From an uncultured Actinomycetes bacterium (GTDB lineage Bacteria; Actinomycetota; Actinomycetes; S36-B12; CAIYMF01): a stretch of DNA of 32,000 nucleotides. Position 1 is the stretch's first letter. Each line of letters opens with the position of its first letter. This document shows, piece after piece, positions 22,735 to 31,776 of this stretch. The notes under the pieces are model-generated. The model had not been told where the DNA came from. It saw only the letters and a list, made by a program, of their open reading frames with translations, and searched no databases. The stretch lies in contig CAWJMG010000003.1 of assembly GCA_963843975.1 (NCBI GenBank), forward strand, positions 1,320,001-1,352,000. The letters are read 5' to 3'. Position numbers and translations under genes: made by a program.

Positions 22735-22735
22735 A

Positions 22736-24004
22736 TCAGGCGCAGAGGTCGGCGTACCAGGCGAGGACGCTGCGGTCCGTCAGGCTCGCGACCTGGTCGA
22801 CCACCACGCGCAGGCGGGCGGCGTCGTCGTCGGCCGCGTCCCACGCCGCACGGAAGACCGGGTCGAGCACCTCGGGGGCGCGCAGCCTGATCGCCGCGAC
22901 GAGCTCGTGGACCACCTGGCGCTGACGGGAGTAGACGTCCTCGGCGCCCTCGCGCTGCATCACCCACAGGTTGGCGACGCCCTTGAGCACCGCGACCTCG
23001 AGCCGCTGCTCGCGCGGCACCTCGAGGGTGGCGGCGTACCGCGTGAGGTGGCCGTCGCCCCAGCGCGCGCGGGTGTCGCGCTCGGCGGCCGAGGCGAAAC
23101 GCCCGATGAGCTGCGACGTCAGGTTCTTGAGGGCGGCCAGGTCGCGCAGCGAGCCGTCGTACGCCGTCGGCCAGAACGGCAGCGCCGTGAGCCGGGCGAT
23201 GGCCGCGCCGAGCTCGGCGGGATCGGCATCGGGGGCATAGCCGAGCGCGACGGCGACGAGGCCCTCACGGTCGTCCGCTCCCCCGGCGCCCGTGATCGCG
23301 CGGATGTCGAGGTGCCCGGCGACGATCGCATCCTCGACGTCGTGGACGCAGTAGGCGACGTCGTCGGCCCAGTCCATGACCTGGGCCTCGAAGCAGGTGC
23401 GGCCCTCGGGCGCGCCGTCGCGAAGCCAGGCGAACACGTCGAGGTCGTCGGTGTAGACGCCGAACTTGCGGCGGCCCTCCTCGCGCGGCCACGGGTACTT
23501 CGTGGCCGCGTCCAGCGCTGCGCGCGTGAGGTTGAGTCCGACGGGCATCCCGGGTCGCGGGCCGTCGTCGTCGCTGAAGGTCTTGGCCTCGAGGCGCGTC
23601 AGGATCCGCAGCGACTGCGCGTTTCCCTCGAAGCCGCCGACTGCGGCCGCTGCCTCGGCGAGCGCATCCTCGCCGTTGTGGCCGAAGGGCGGGTGCCCGA
23701 GATCGTGCGAGAGGCACGCGACCTCGACCAGGTCGGGGTCGCAGCCCAGCGCCAGGCCGAGCTCGCGACCCACCTGAGCGCACTCGAGGGAGTGGGTGAG
23801 CCGGGTCCGCAGGAAGTCGCTCTCCCCCGCCGCGAGCACCTGGGTCTTGGCGGCCAGCCGGCGCAGCGCCGCCGAGTGCAGCACACGGGCGCGGTCGCGC
23901 GCGAACGCCGTCCGGCCGGCGCGCTTGGGCGGCTCGGTGACCCAGCGGGTCTCGTCGTGCGGCGCGTAGCCGTCGGAGAGACGGTCGTCGTCGGCGTGGC
24001 TCAT
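22736..24004 (-). CDS. dgt: dGTP triphosphohydrolase-like HD-domain protein (Dgt)
   Basis: [39 protein letters not shown] and the HD motif [17 protein letters not shown] 24004 fits a leaderless -10; the ORF is open to GTG 24007. Confidence 0.9.
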   Translation of the reverse strand: MSHADDDRLSDGYAPHDETRWVTEPPKRAGRTAFARDRARVLHSAALRRLAAKTQVLAAGESDFLRTRLTHSLECAQVGRELGLALGCDPDLVEVACLSHDLGHPPFGHNGEDALAEAAAAVGGFEGNAQSLRILTRLEAKTFSDDDGPRPGMPVGLNLTRAALDAATKYPWPREEGRRKFGVYTDDLDVFAWLRDGAPEGRTCFEAQVMDWADDVAYCVHDVEDAIVAGHLDIRAITGAGGADDREGLVAVALGYAPDADPAELGAAIARLTALPFWPTAYDGSLRDLAALKNLTSQLIGRFASAAERDTRARWGDGHLTRYAATLEVPREQRLEVAVLKGVANLWVMQREGAEDVYSRQRQVVHELVAAIRLRAPEVLDPVFRAAWDAADDDAARLRVVVDQVASLTDRSVLAWYADLCA

Positions 24005-24011
24005 CACCGCG

Positions 24012-24017
24012 ACCCTA
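24012..24017 (-). promoter_or_regulatory. -10 element (TAGGGT) positioned for a leaderless dgt transcript
   Basis: On the minus strand: TAGGGT, a 7-nt spacer, then ATG 24004. It lies only 17 bp downstream of the ydcF-like stop. Confidence 0.35.
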
Positions 24018-24034
24018 GCGAGCCCGCCCGCGGA

Positions 24035-24697
24035 TCACAGTCCGACGAGCTGCTCGACCGACCAGCGCTCGACCGTCCAGAACCACAGCAGGCCGGCAGT
24101 CTCGCGGGCGACGTAGTCGAGGGTGAGGCTCGAGCCGGCGCCGTCCTGCGTCGGCGAGCCGTGCGCGTCGATGCCGAGGGCGCGCGCCATGGCGAGGCTT
24201 CGCGCCTCGTGCGCCGGGTCGGTGACGATCGTCGCCGACGTCCACCCCTTCTCGGCCATCTTCTTCGCGACGGCGGTGAGGCTCGTCAGCGTGTCGCTGC
24301 CCGTGGGCACCGGCGTGATGCGGGCGCGGGGCACGCCGGCGTCGACGAGCCAGTCGCGACCGGCCTGGGCCTCGGTGGTGATGTCGCCGGGCTGGTTGCC
24401 GCCGACGGTGATGATGCGGGGCGCGACGCCGTCCTCGTAGAGCGCTGCGGCATGCGTCAGCCGTGCCTCGAGCACCGGGCTCGGCTTGCCCCAGAACTGC
24501 GCGGCGCCGAGGACGACGACGGCGTCCGTGGGCGTCCGGTCGTCGGTGCGCGAGGTCATCACGACGACCGAAGCACCGATGAGCGGCAGCACGACGAGGC
24601 CCAGCAGGAGGAGCGCGACCACCGCCCCGAGGAACGCGTGCAGGGGTGGGCGACGGCGCCGCTGCGGCACCGGCTCCGCCTCGGTGCGCACGGCCAT
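24035..24697 (-). CDS. YdcF/DUF218 (ElyC/SanA-like) family protein with an N-terminal TM anchor
   Basis: One TM helix (FLGAVVALLLLGLVVLPLIGASVVV). It is followed by AVVVLGAAQFWGKPSPVLEARL...IITVGGNQPGDITTEAQAG...TIVTDPAHEARS, typical of DUF218. Confidence 0.75.
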   Translation of the reverse strand: MAVRTEAEPVPQRRRRPPLHAFLGAVVALLLLGLVVLPLIGASVVVMTSRTDDRTPTDAVVVLGAAQFWGKPSPVLEARLTHAAALYEDGVAPRIITVGGNQPGDITTEAQAGRDWLVDAGVPRARITPVPTGSDTLTSLTAVAKKMAEKGWTSATIVTDPAHEARSLAMARALGIDAHGSPTQDGAGSSLTLDYVARETAGLLWFWTVERWSVEQLVGL

Positions 24698-24942
24698 GGG
24701 TCCAGTGTCGCCGATGACGCGCCGTGCGCCGAACCGGACGCGGCCCCGAGCACGACCGAACGGGTCTCAGCGTCGTCGAAGGTGCGCGGCCAACGGGCGC
24801 ACAGGGTAGGCCGCGAGTGTCCTCATCACCGGACACCGCCTCGGGCGGCGATCCGCCGCACCACGCGATACGCACCACCCGAATCCGAACCACCTGACGC
24901 ACGACCCGATATCGAGACTTCACCTCTGAGACGGAGAACACC

Positions 24943-25500
24943 ATGGACGACAACGACTTCACGGCGAACGAGAAGCGCTCGGCCCGCCGCTGGGGCACCG
25001 GCGCCGCACTCGCCGCGGCCGGGCTCGCCGGCGGCCTCATCCTCGCCGGCGCCGTGAGCGCGAACGCCGCGACCACCACCCCGACGCCATCGGCCTCGTT
25101 GAGCTCCTCGAGCTCGGCGGACACCACCGCCCCGAGGGCGCCGCTGAACGCCGGCGACCCGACCAAGCCGCAGCGCAGCGACGAGTCGCTGCTCACCGGA
25201 ACCACGCTCGACAAGGTCGTCGCGGCAGCCCAGGCGAAGTACCCCGACGCCACCGTGCAGCGGGCCGAGACGGACTCCGACGGCGTGTACGAGGTGCACA
25301 TGCTGACGTCCGGCGGCACACCCGTCACGGTCGAGGTCGACGCGTCTTTCAGCGTGACCGGCGAGGAGGCCATGGGTATGGGCGGCCACGGCGGCGCGAA
25401 CGGCGTCGACCCCGACCCCAACGACAACGACGGTCCGGGCACCGGCATCCCCGGCGGCCAGACGACGTCGTCGACCACCAGCAGCTCGAGCGGCACCTGA
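24943..25500 (+). CDS. secreted PepSY-domain protein with Ser/Thr/Gly-rich tails
   Basis: SD GGAG 6 nt upstream. Signal/anchor is RRWGTGAALAAAGLAGGLILAGAVSANA. The PepSY-like core is LDKVVAAAQAKYPDATVQRAETDSDGVYEVHMLTSGGTPVTVEVDASFSVTG. Confidence 0.7.
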   Translation: MDDNDFTANEKRSARRWGTGAALAAAGLAGGLILAGAVSANAATTTPTPSASLSSSSSADTTAPRAPLNAGDPTKPQRSDESLLTGTTLDKVVAAAQAKYPDATVQRAETDSDGVYEVHMLTSGGTPVTVEVDASFSVTGEEAMGMGGHGGANGVDPDPNDNDGPGTGIPGGQTTSSTTSSSSGT

Positions 25501-25506
25501 TGCGCG

Positions 25507-25545
25507 CCGGGGCGGCCGCAGCCCGCGGGGCTGCGGCCGCCCCGG
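25507..25545 (+). terminator. GC-rich hairpin after the PepSY gene
   Basis: 17-bp perfect stem CCGGGGCGGCCGCAGCC / GGCTGCGGCCGCCCCGG with a 5-nt loop. It starts 7 nt after the stop. No U-tract follows. Confidence 0.6.
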
Positions 25546-25569
25546 TCACCAGGACGACAGGAGAGATCG

Positions 25570-26031
25570 ATGGTGGATGACAGCACGCGGGACCACGATC
25601 CCGCGATCGAGCACGTGGCACCCCTCGCCCACGCGGACGAGCCCGTCACGACGCCGCAGCCTGAGCCTGCTCCTGCACGACGCGGATCCGCGTTCGCGCG
25701 ATTCGGGGCACCGGTCGCGCTCGTCGCGGCCGGACTGGTCGGCGGTGCCGTGATCGGCGGCATCGCGAGCGCGAACGCCTCGACGCCGGATACCTCGTCG
25801 TCGACCTCGCCGGCGACGGGGCTGACCGGTGGCACGGGCAGCACGGGTCAAGCACCCGGCATGAATGGCGGCCGCGGCGATCATGGCCGCTCGGGCCTGA
25901 TGCCCGGAGGTGCCGGCAGCAGCTCGGGAACGACGGGGACTGCACCGGGCGGGCAGATGCCCGCCCAGCCGGGCGGGCCGCAGCTGCAGCAGATGCCGCA
26001 GTCGCACGGTTCGACCGGCGCGAGCGGCTGA
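25570..26031 (+). CDS. secreted/anchored low-complexity Gly/Ser/Thr/Pro-rich protein, N-terminal paralogue of the PepSY protein
   Basis: SD AGGAGAG upstream. RRGSAFARFGAPVALVAAGLVGGAVIGGIASANA mirrors the signal of the upstream gene. The rest is low complexity. GC3 is high. Confidence 0.55.
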   Translation: MVDDSTRDHDPAIEHVAPLAHADEPVTTPQPEPAPARRGSAFARFGAPVALVAAGLVGGAVIGGIASANASTPDTSSSTSPATGLTGGTGSTGQAPGMNGGRGDHGRSGLMPGGAGSSSGTTGTAPGGQMPAQPGGPQLQQMPQSHGSTGASG

Positions 26032-26047
26032 GCGCACGACGTACGCA

Positions 26048-26086
26048 GCACGACGGCCCGGGAGCATCGCTCTCGGGCCGTCGTGC
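26048..26086. terminator. bidirectional terminator hairpin between convergent genes
   Basis: 18-bp stem GCACGACGGCCCGGGAGC / GCTCTCGGGCCGTCGTGC (one G:U) with a 3-nt loop. It lies between the stops at 26031 (+) and 26095 (-). Confidence 0.7.
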
Positions 26087-26094
26087 GCGCTGGA

Positions 26095-28806
26095 TCAGCG
26101 GGTGTCGGACTCCGCACCCGCGATGGCCGCGCGACCTGCCTCGAGGCGGGCGACGGGCACGCGGAAGGGTGAGCAGGACACGTAGTCCAGGCCGACCGCG
26201 TGGAAGAAGTGGATCGACTCCGGGTCGCCGCCGTGCTCGCCGCAGACACCGAGCTTGAGGTCGGGCCGCGTCCGGCGACCCTCCTCTGCGGCGATCTTCA
26301 CCAGGCGCCCGACACCGTCGGCGTCCAGGGTCTCGAACGGGGACACGGTGAAGACGCCCTTGTCGAGATACGTCGCGAAGAACTCGGCCTCGACGTCGTC
26401 GCGGCTGAAGCCCCACGTGGTCTGGGTGAGGTCGTTGGTGCCGAAGGAGAAGAACTCCGCGACGTCGGCGATGCGGTGGGCGGTGAGCGCCGCGCGGGGC
26501 AGCTCGATCATCGTGCCGATCGGGATGTGCAGGTCGATGCCCTCGCGGGCGGCGATCTCGCTGACGATGCCGTCGGTCTCGTCGGCCACGAGGTGCAGCT
26601 CCATCACGGAGCCGACCAGAGGCACCATGATCTCGACCTTCGGGTCGCCGCCGGCCTTCTTGCGGGCGACGGCGGCCTCGGCGATGGCGCGCACCTGCAG
26701 CCCGAACAGGCCGGGTACGACGAGGCCTAGGCGGACGCCGCGCAGGCCCAGCATCGGGTTCGACTCGTGCAGCCGCTGCACCGCAGCCAGCAGCTTGAGA
26801 TCGGCGGCCTCGGAGTAGCCGTTCGCCTCGGCCACCGCGACCCGCACCGACAGCTCGGTGAGGTTGGGCAGGAACTCGTGCAGCGGCGGGTCCAGCAGCC
26901 GGATCGTCACCGGCAGCCCGTCCATCGCCTCCAGCAGCTCGATGAAGTCCTGGCGTTGCAGGGGAAGAAGCGCATCGAGGGCCGCCTGGCGGTCCTCGTC
27001 GTCCGACAGGATCACGCGCTCGATGAGCACCCGCCGGTCACCCAGGAACATGTGCTCGGTCCGCGTGAGGCCGATGCCCTCCGCACCCATGTAGCGCGCG
27101 CGGGCGGCATCCTCCGCGGTGTCCGCGTTGGCGCGGACGCGCAGGTGGCGGATCTCGTCGGCGTACCCGAGCACACGGTCGACGCTGGTCACGAGCGCAG
27201 CCGTGTCCGCGTCTGCATCCACGAGCGCGGCGTCGAGCCCGCGCTCGAGGTATTCGACGACCGGTGACGGGCGCACGGGGACCTCGCCGATGAACACCTC
27301 GCCGGTGGACCCGTCGATCGAGAGCACGTCGCCCTCGACGATCGTGACATCGCCGCACCTCGCCGTGCGCAGGTGGACGTCGATGTCGAGGTCCTCGGCG
27401 CCGGACACGCAGGTCTTGCCCATGCCGCGGGCGACGACGGCAGCGTGCGAGGTCTTGCCACCGCGCGCGGTCAGGATGCCGACCGCGGCGATCATGCCCT
27501 CGAGGTCGTCCGGGTTCGTCTCGCGGCGCAGCAGCAGCACGTCCTCGCCGCGCTCCTTCGCGGCGACTGCCGCAGCCGAGTCGAAGACGACCTTGCCGAC
27601 CGCGGCACCCGGCGATGCCGCGCCGGCCTTGCACAGCAGGCGCCGCTCGGCCGAGGAGTCGAACTGGGGGAACATCAGCTGCGCGAGCTGCGCACCGGTG
27701 ACGCGGTCGAGGGCCTCGTCCTCGTGGATGAGGTGCTCGTCGACGAGCTGGGTCGCGATGCGGAACGCCGCCGCCGCGGTGCGCTTGCCCACGCGGGTCT
27801 GCAGCATCCACAGCTTGCCGCGCTCGATCGTGAACTCGATGTCGCACAGGTCGCGATAGTGCGTCTCGAGCCTGCGCATCACCGTCATCAGCTCGGCGTG
27901 CGCCTCGGGCAGCAGGCCCTTGAGGTCGTCGAGGCTGAGGGTGTTGCGGATACCTGCGACGACATCCTCGCCCTGGGCGTTCTCGAGGTAGTCGCCGTAC
28001 GAGCCGGGTGCTCCGGTCGAGGGGTCGCGGGTGAACGCGACACCGGTGCCCGAGCCCTCGCCAAGGTTGCCGAAGACCATCGTGCACACGTTCACCGCAG
28101 TGCCCAGGTCGTGCGGGATCCGCTCACGACGGCGGTAGAGACGCGCGCGGTCGGTGTTCCACGAGTCGAACACCGCGCGGATCGCGAGATCGAGCTGCTC
28201 GCGCGGGTGCTGCGGGAAGTCGCGGGACGACTCCTCGCGCACGATGTCTTTGAACTGCTGCACCAGCGCCTGCAGGTCCTCGACGTCGAGCTCGGTGTCG
28301 AGCGCCACGCCCTTGGCCTCCTTGGCGCCGTCCAGGGCGTCGGCGAACCGGTCGCCCTCGATGTCGAGGACCGTCTTGCCGAACATCTGGATCAGGCGAC
28401 GGTAGGAGTCCCAGGCGAACCGCTCGTTGCCGCTGGCCTCGGCCAGGCCGATCACGCTCGCGTCGTTGAGTCCGATGTTGAGGACCGTCTCCATCATGCC
28501 GGGCATGGAGAACTTCGCTCCCGACCGCACGCTGACCAGCAGCGGGTCGTGCCGGTCGCCGAGTCGACGGTCGAGGGAGTCCTCGAGGTGGCGCAGCGCC
28601 ATCGTGACCTGCACCCGCAGCTCGCCCGGCTCCTTGCCCCTCGCCAGGTACGAGCGGCATGCCTCGGTCGTGATCGTGAACCCCGGCGGCACCGGCAGCC
28701 CGAGGTTGGTCATCTCGGCGAGGTTCGCGCCCTTGCCGCCCAGAAGGTCCTTCTGGTCCTTGGACCCCTGGGTGAAGTCGAAGACGTACGCCGGTGCACC
28801 TGGCAT
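26095..28806 (-). CDS. ppdK: pyruvate, phosphate dikinase
   Basis: GGKGANLAEM, the phosphohistidine loop GGKTSHAAVVARGMG, and C-terminal FFSFGTNDLTQ and CGEHGGDP. ATG 28806 is preceded by GGAGGGA with a 7-nt spacer. 903 aa. Confidence 0.95.
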   Translation of the reverse strand: MPGAPAYVFDFTQGSKDQKDLLGGKGANLAEMTNLGLPVPPGFTITTEACRSYLARGKEPGELRVQVTMALRHLEDSLDRRLGDRHDPLLVSVRSGAKFSMPGMMETVLNIGLNDASVIGLAEASGNERFAWDSYRRLIQMFGKTVLDIEGDRFADALDGAKEAKGVALDTELDVEDLQALVQQFKDIVREESSRDFPQHPREQLDLAIRAVFDSWNTDRARLYRRRERIPHDLGTAVNVCTMVFGNLGEGSGTGVAFTRDPSTGAPGSYGDYLENAQGEDVVAGIRNTLSLDDLKGLLPEAHAELMTVMRRLETHYRDLCDIEFTIERGKLWMLQTRVGKRTAAAAFRIATQLVDEHLIHEDEALDRVTGAQLAQLMFPQFDSSAERRLLCKAGAASPGAAVGKVVFDSAAAVAAKERGEDVLLLRRETNPDDLEGMIAAVGILTARGGKTSHAAVVARGMGKTCVSGAEDLDIDVHLRTARCGDVTIVEGDVLSIDGSTGEVFIGEVPVRPSPVVEYLERGLDAALVDADADTAALVTSVDRVLGYADEIRHLRVRANADTAEDAARARYMGAEGIGLTRTEHMFLGDRRVLIERVILSDDEDRQAALDALLPLQRQDFIELLEAMDGLPVTIRLLDPPLHEFLPNLTELSVRVAVAEANGYSEAADLKLLAAVQRLHESNPMLGLRGVRLGLVVPGLFGLQVRAIAEAAVARKKAGGDPKVEIMVPLVGSVMELHLVADETDGIVSEIAAREGIDLHIPIGTMIELPRAALTAHRIADVAEFFSFGTNDLTQTTWGFSRDDVEAEFFATYLDKGVFTVSPFETLDADGVGRLVKIAAEEGRRTRPDLKLGVCGEHGGDPESIHFFHAVGLDYVSCSPFRVPVARLEAGRAAIAGAESDTR

Positions 28807-28948
28807 GACCTGATCCCTCCGAGCCTGCAGACCCTCGGTCGCTCGATCCATGCCGGATCTCCCGACCCCGTTGGCGACGCTATCCCCCGAGGTTTTGCGA
28901 GGGATGGTTGAACGTTGTGTAAACGCACTCATGAGCGCGAGGAGTGCG

Positions 28949-29977
28949 TCACACCGACACGGCGGCGGCGTCGCGCGCCGCGACGAGGTCGAGGGCGACG
29001 TCGATGATCATGTCTTCCTGGCCGCCGACGAGCTTGCGCCGCCCGACCTCCACGAGGATCGCGCGGGTGTCGAGCCCATAGGTGTCGGCCGCGCGCTCGG
29101 CGTGACGGAGGAAGCTGCCGTAGACGCCGGCGTACCCGAGGGTGAGGGTCTCGCGGTCGACGCGGACCGGTCGGTCCTGGGTGGGACGCACGAGGTCGTC
29201 GGCGGCGTCCATGAGCGCCATGACGTCCGAGCCGTGCTGCCACCCGGTGAGGTCTGCGACGGCGATGAAGGCCTCGATCGGGCAGTTGCCGGCACCGGCG
29301 CCCTGGCCTGCGAGGGAGGCGTCCACGCGGTAGACGCCCTCCTCCACCGCGACGACGCTGTTCGCGACGCCTAGACCGAGGTTGTGGTGGGCGTGGATGC
29401 CGATCTGGGTCTCGGGCCGGAGGTTGTCGCGGAACGCGCGCACGCGGTCGCGGACGCCGGTCATCGTGAGGCGGCCGCCCGAGTCCACGACGTACAGGCA
29501 GGCGGCACCGGCGTCCTCCATGATCTTCGCCTGCTTCACCAGCACGTCCGGCTCGGCCATGTGGCTCATCATGAGGAAGCCCGACACGTCCATGCCGAGC
29601 TCGCGCGCCTTGCCGATGTGCTGGATCGCGACGTCGGCTTCGGTGCAGTGCGTGGCCACTCGGACGGACTGCACGCCGAGGTCGTGCGCGTGCTCGAGGT
29701 CCTCGATCCGGCCGATGCCGGGGAGCAGCAGCGTGGTGAGCTTGGCCGTCGTCACGACGTCGGCGGCGGCGGCGATCCACTCCCAGTCGGTGTGGCGGCC
29801 CGGGCCGTAGTTGAGGCTCGACCCGCCGAGCCCGTCGCCGTGGGTCACCTCGATCGCGTCGACGCCGGCGGCGTCGAGCGCAGCGGCGATCTCGCGAACC
29901 TGCTCGAGGGTGTACTGGTGGCGGACGGAGTGCATGCCGTCCCGCAGCGTGACGTCCTGGATGTAGAGCTGCGTCAT
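28949..29977 (-). CDS. dmpG: 4-hydroxy-2-oxovalerate aldolase
   Basis: [22 protein letters not shown]..., [23 protein letters not shown] and [20 protein letters not shown] 29977 overlaps the upstream stop (ATGA). Confidence 0.92.
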   Translation of the reverse strand: MTQLYIQDVTLRDGMHSVRHQYTLEQVREIAAALDAAGVDAIEVTHGDGLGGSSLNYGPGRHTDWEWIAAAADVVTTAKLTTLLLPGIGRIEDLEHAHDLGVQSVRVATHCTEADVAIQHIGKARELGMDVSGFLMMSHMAEPDVLVKQAKIMEDAGAACLYVVDSGGRLTMTGVRDRVRAFRDNLRPETQIGIHAHHNLGLGVANSVVAVEEGVYRVDASLAGQGAGAGNCPIEAFIAVADLTGWQHGSDVMALMDAADDLVRPTQDRPVRVDRETLTLGYAGVYGSFLRHAERAADTYGLDTRAILVEVGRRKLVGGQEDMIIDVALDLVAARDAAAVSV

Positions 29978-30930
29978 GACGGGACGACCTCCAGCGTTGG
30001 GTTGGCGTGCGTGGCCACGACGCGCTCGGCCACCTGAAGCGCCGCCGACGTCATGATGTCGAGGTTGCCGGCGTACGCCGGGAGGTAGTGGCCGGCGCCC
30101 TCGACCTCGAGGAACACCGACACCACCAGGCGGTCGGCGGGCTCGCGGTCGGGCACGAGCACGCGCTCCGCCGAGTCTTTGCCGACCTTGCGGAACTGCA
30201 CCTTCTGCTTCAGGCGGTAGCCCGGCACGTACGACGCCACCCGCGCGACCATGCGTGCGACGGAGTCGATCACGGCCTGCTCGTCGCACTCGTCCACGAT
30301 GGCGAGCACGGTGTCACGCATGATCAACGGCGGCTCGGCCGGGTTGAGGATGATGATCGCCTTGCCGCGGGCGGCACCGCCGACCCTCTCGATCGCGAGT
30401 GATGTGGTCTCGGTGAACTCGTCGATGTTGGCGCGGGTGCCGGGTCCGGCCGACTTCGACGCGATCGACGCGACGATCTCCGCGTAGTGCACCGGCGTCA
30501 CCTGCGAGATCGCGGCGACCATGGGGATGGTCGCCTGGCCGCCGCAGGTCACCATGTTCACGTTGCGGCTGGTGAGGTGCTCGTCGAGGTTGACGGCGGG
30601 GACGACGTACGGGCCGATTGCGGCGGGCGTGAGGTCGACCATCGTGACGCCGGTGCCGGCGAGCGCCGCGTCGTTGTGGATGTGCGCGCCCGCAGACGTA
30701 GCGTCGAACACGATGCCGATCTCGTCGAGGTGCGGCAGGTCGAGCAGGCCGTCGACGCCGGTCGAGACGGTGGGAACACCCATGCGGGCGGCGCGGGCGA
30801 GGCCGTCGGATGCCGGGTCGATGCCGACCATCGCGCCCATCTCGAGGGTCTGCGACAGGCGCATCACCTTGATCATGAGATCGGTGCCGATGTTGCCCGA
30901 CCCGATGATCGCGACCTTGTTGCGCGTCAC
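29974..30930 (-). CDS. acetaldehyde dehydrogenase (acetylating)
   Basis: [16 protein letters not shown] (Rossmann), the catalytic-Cys region [12 protein letters not shown], and [16 protein letters not shown] 30930 overlaps the upstream stop (GTGA), with GGAGGAGAAGG upstream. Confidence 0.92.
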   Translation of the reverse strand: MTRNKVAIIGSGNIGTDLMIKVMRLSQTLEMGAMVGIDPASDGLARAARMGVPTVSTGVDGLLDLPHLDEIGIVFDATSAGAHIHNDAALAGTGVTMVDLTPAAIGPYVVPAVNLDEHLTSRNVNMVTCGGQATIPMVAAISQVTPVHYAEIVASIASKSAGPGTRANIDEFTETTSLAIERVGGAARGKAIIILNPAEPPLIMRDTVLAIVDECDEQAVIDSVARMVARVASYVPGYRLKQKVQFRKVGKDSAERVLVPDREPADRLVVSVFLEVEGAGHYLPAYAGNLDIMTSAALQVAERVVATHANPTLEVVPS

Positions 30931-31730
30931 GCCTTCTCCTCCATCGCGAACGTGACCGAGATCGTGCCGAGGCCGGAGATGTCCGCTTCGACGACGTCGC
31001 CCGGGCGGACGACAGACATGGGACCGAGCGCACCTGACAGCACGACCTCGCCCGCGCGCAGCGGGTCGCCGAGGTCGCGCACGGTGCGGGCCAGCCACAG
31101 CAGCGCGAGGAGCGGGTCGCCCAGGCAGGCAGCGCCCTGGCCTTCCGAGGCGATCGCGCCGTTCATGGTCATCGACATCACGACGTCGACCGGCTCGAAC
31201 TTGGTGAGCGGCACCACTAGGTCGGACACGACGTACAGGCCGCTCGAGGCGTTGTCGGCGACGGTGTCGACGTACGAGATGTCCCAGTCGGCGATGCGGC
31301 TGTCGACGATCTCGATCGCCGCGATCGCGCCAGTGACGGCCTCACGGACCTCCGCGACGTCCTCGAGCGGGCCGTCGAGGTCGGCGCCGAGGAGGAAGGC
31401 CACCTCCGCCTCGACCTTGGGCTGCAGCAGCAGCCCCGCGGGCACGGTGCCACCGGCGGGCACGACCATGTCGTCGAGCAGCGATCCGAAGTCGGGCGTG
31501 CCGACCCCCAGCTGCTTCTGCACGGCGGGCGATGTCAGCCCGATCTTCCGACCGACCCTCACCGCCCCGGAGTCGAGCCGGCGGGCGATGTTGAGCGAGG
31601 AGACGGCGTACGCCGACTCGACGTCGTCCGCCGCGATGAGGTCACGCACGGGCGGGCACGGCGTGCGCCATTCGGCGGCGGCCCAGAGCCGGTCGGCGGC
31701 GGCCTGCCGCGGGTCGGTGATGAGCGTCAT
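30927..31730 (-). CDS. 2-keto-4-pentenoate (2-oxopent-4-enoate) hydratase
   Basis: [37 protein letters not shown] and [12 protein letters not shown] are typical of the MhpD/DmpE/HsaE FAH-fold hydratases. 267 aa. Confidence 0.88.
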   Translation of the reverse strand: MTLITDPRQAAADRLWAAAEWRTPCPPVRDLIAADDVESAYAVSSLNIARRLDSGAVRVGRKIGLTSPAVQKQLGVGTPDFGSLLDDMVVPAGGTVPAGLLLQPKVEAEVAFLLGADLDGPLEDVAEVREAVTGAIAAIEIVDSRIADWDISYVDTVADNASSGLYVVSDLVVPLTKFEPVDVVMSMTMNGAIASEGQGAACLGDPLLALLWLARTVRDLGDPLRAGEVVLSGALGPMSVVRPGDVVEADISGLGTISVTFAMEEKA

Positions 31731-31776
31731 GCGAGCAGCATGGACTCCCTGCGGTCAGTGCGGCACACTTCGTTCC

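Noticed and set aside
28923-28949. A strong intrinsic terminator between the aldolase gene and ppdK.
   Set aside because: The stem is only 8 bp with an 11-nt loop, overlaps the stop codon and has a poor U-tract. I kept it as a possible leaky terminator inside a finding and did not annotate it as a feature.
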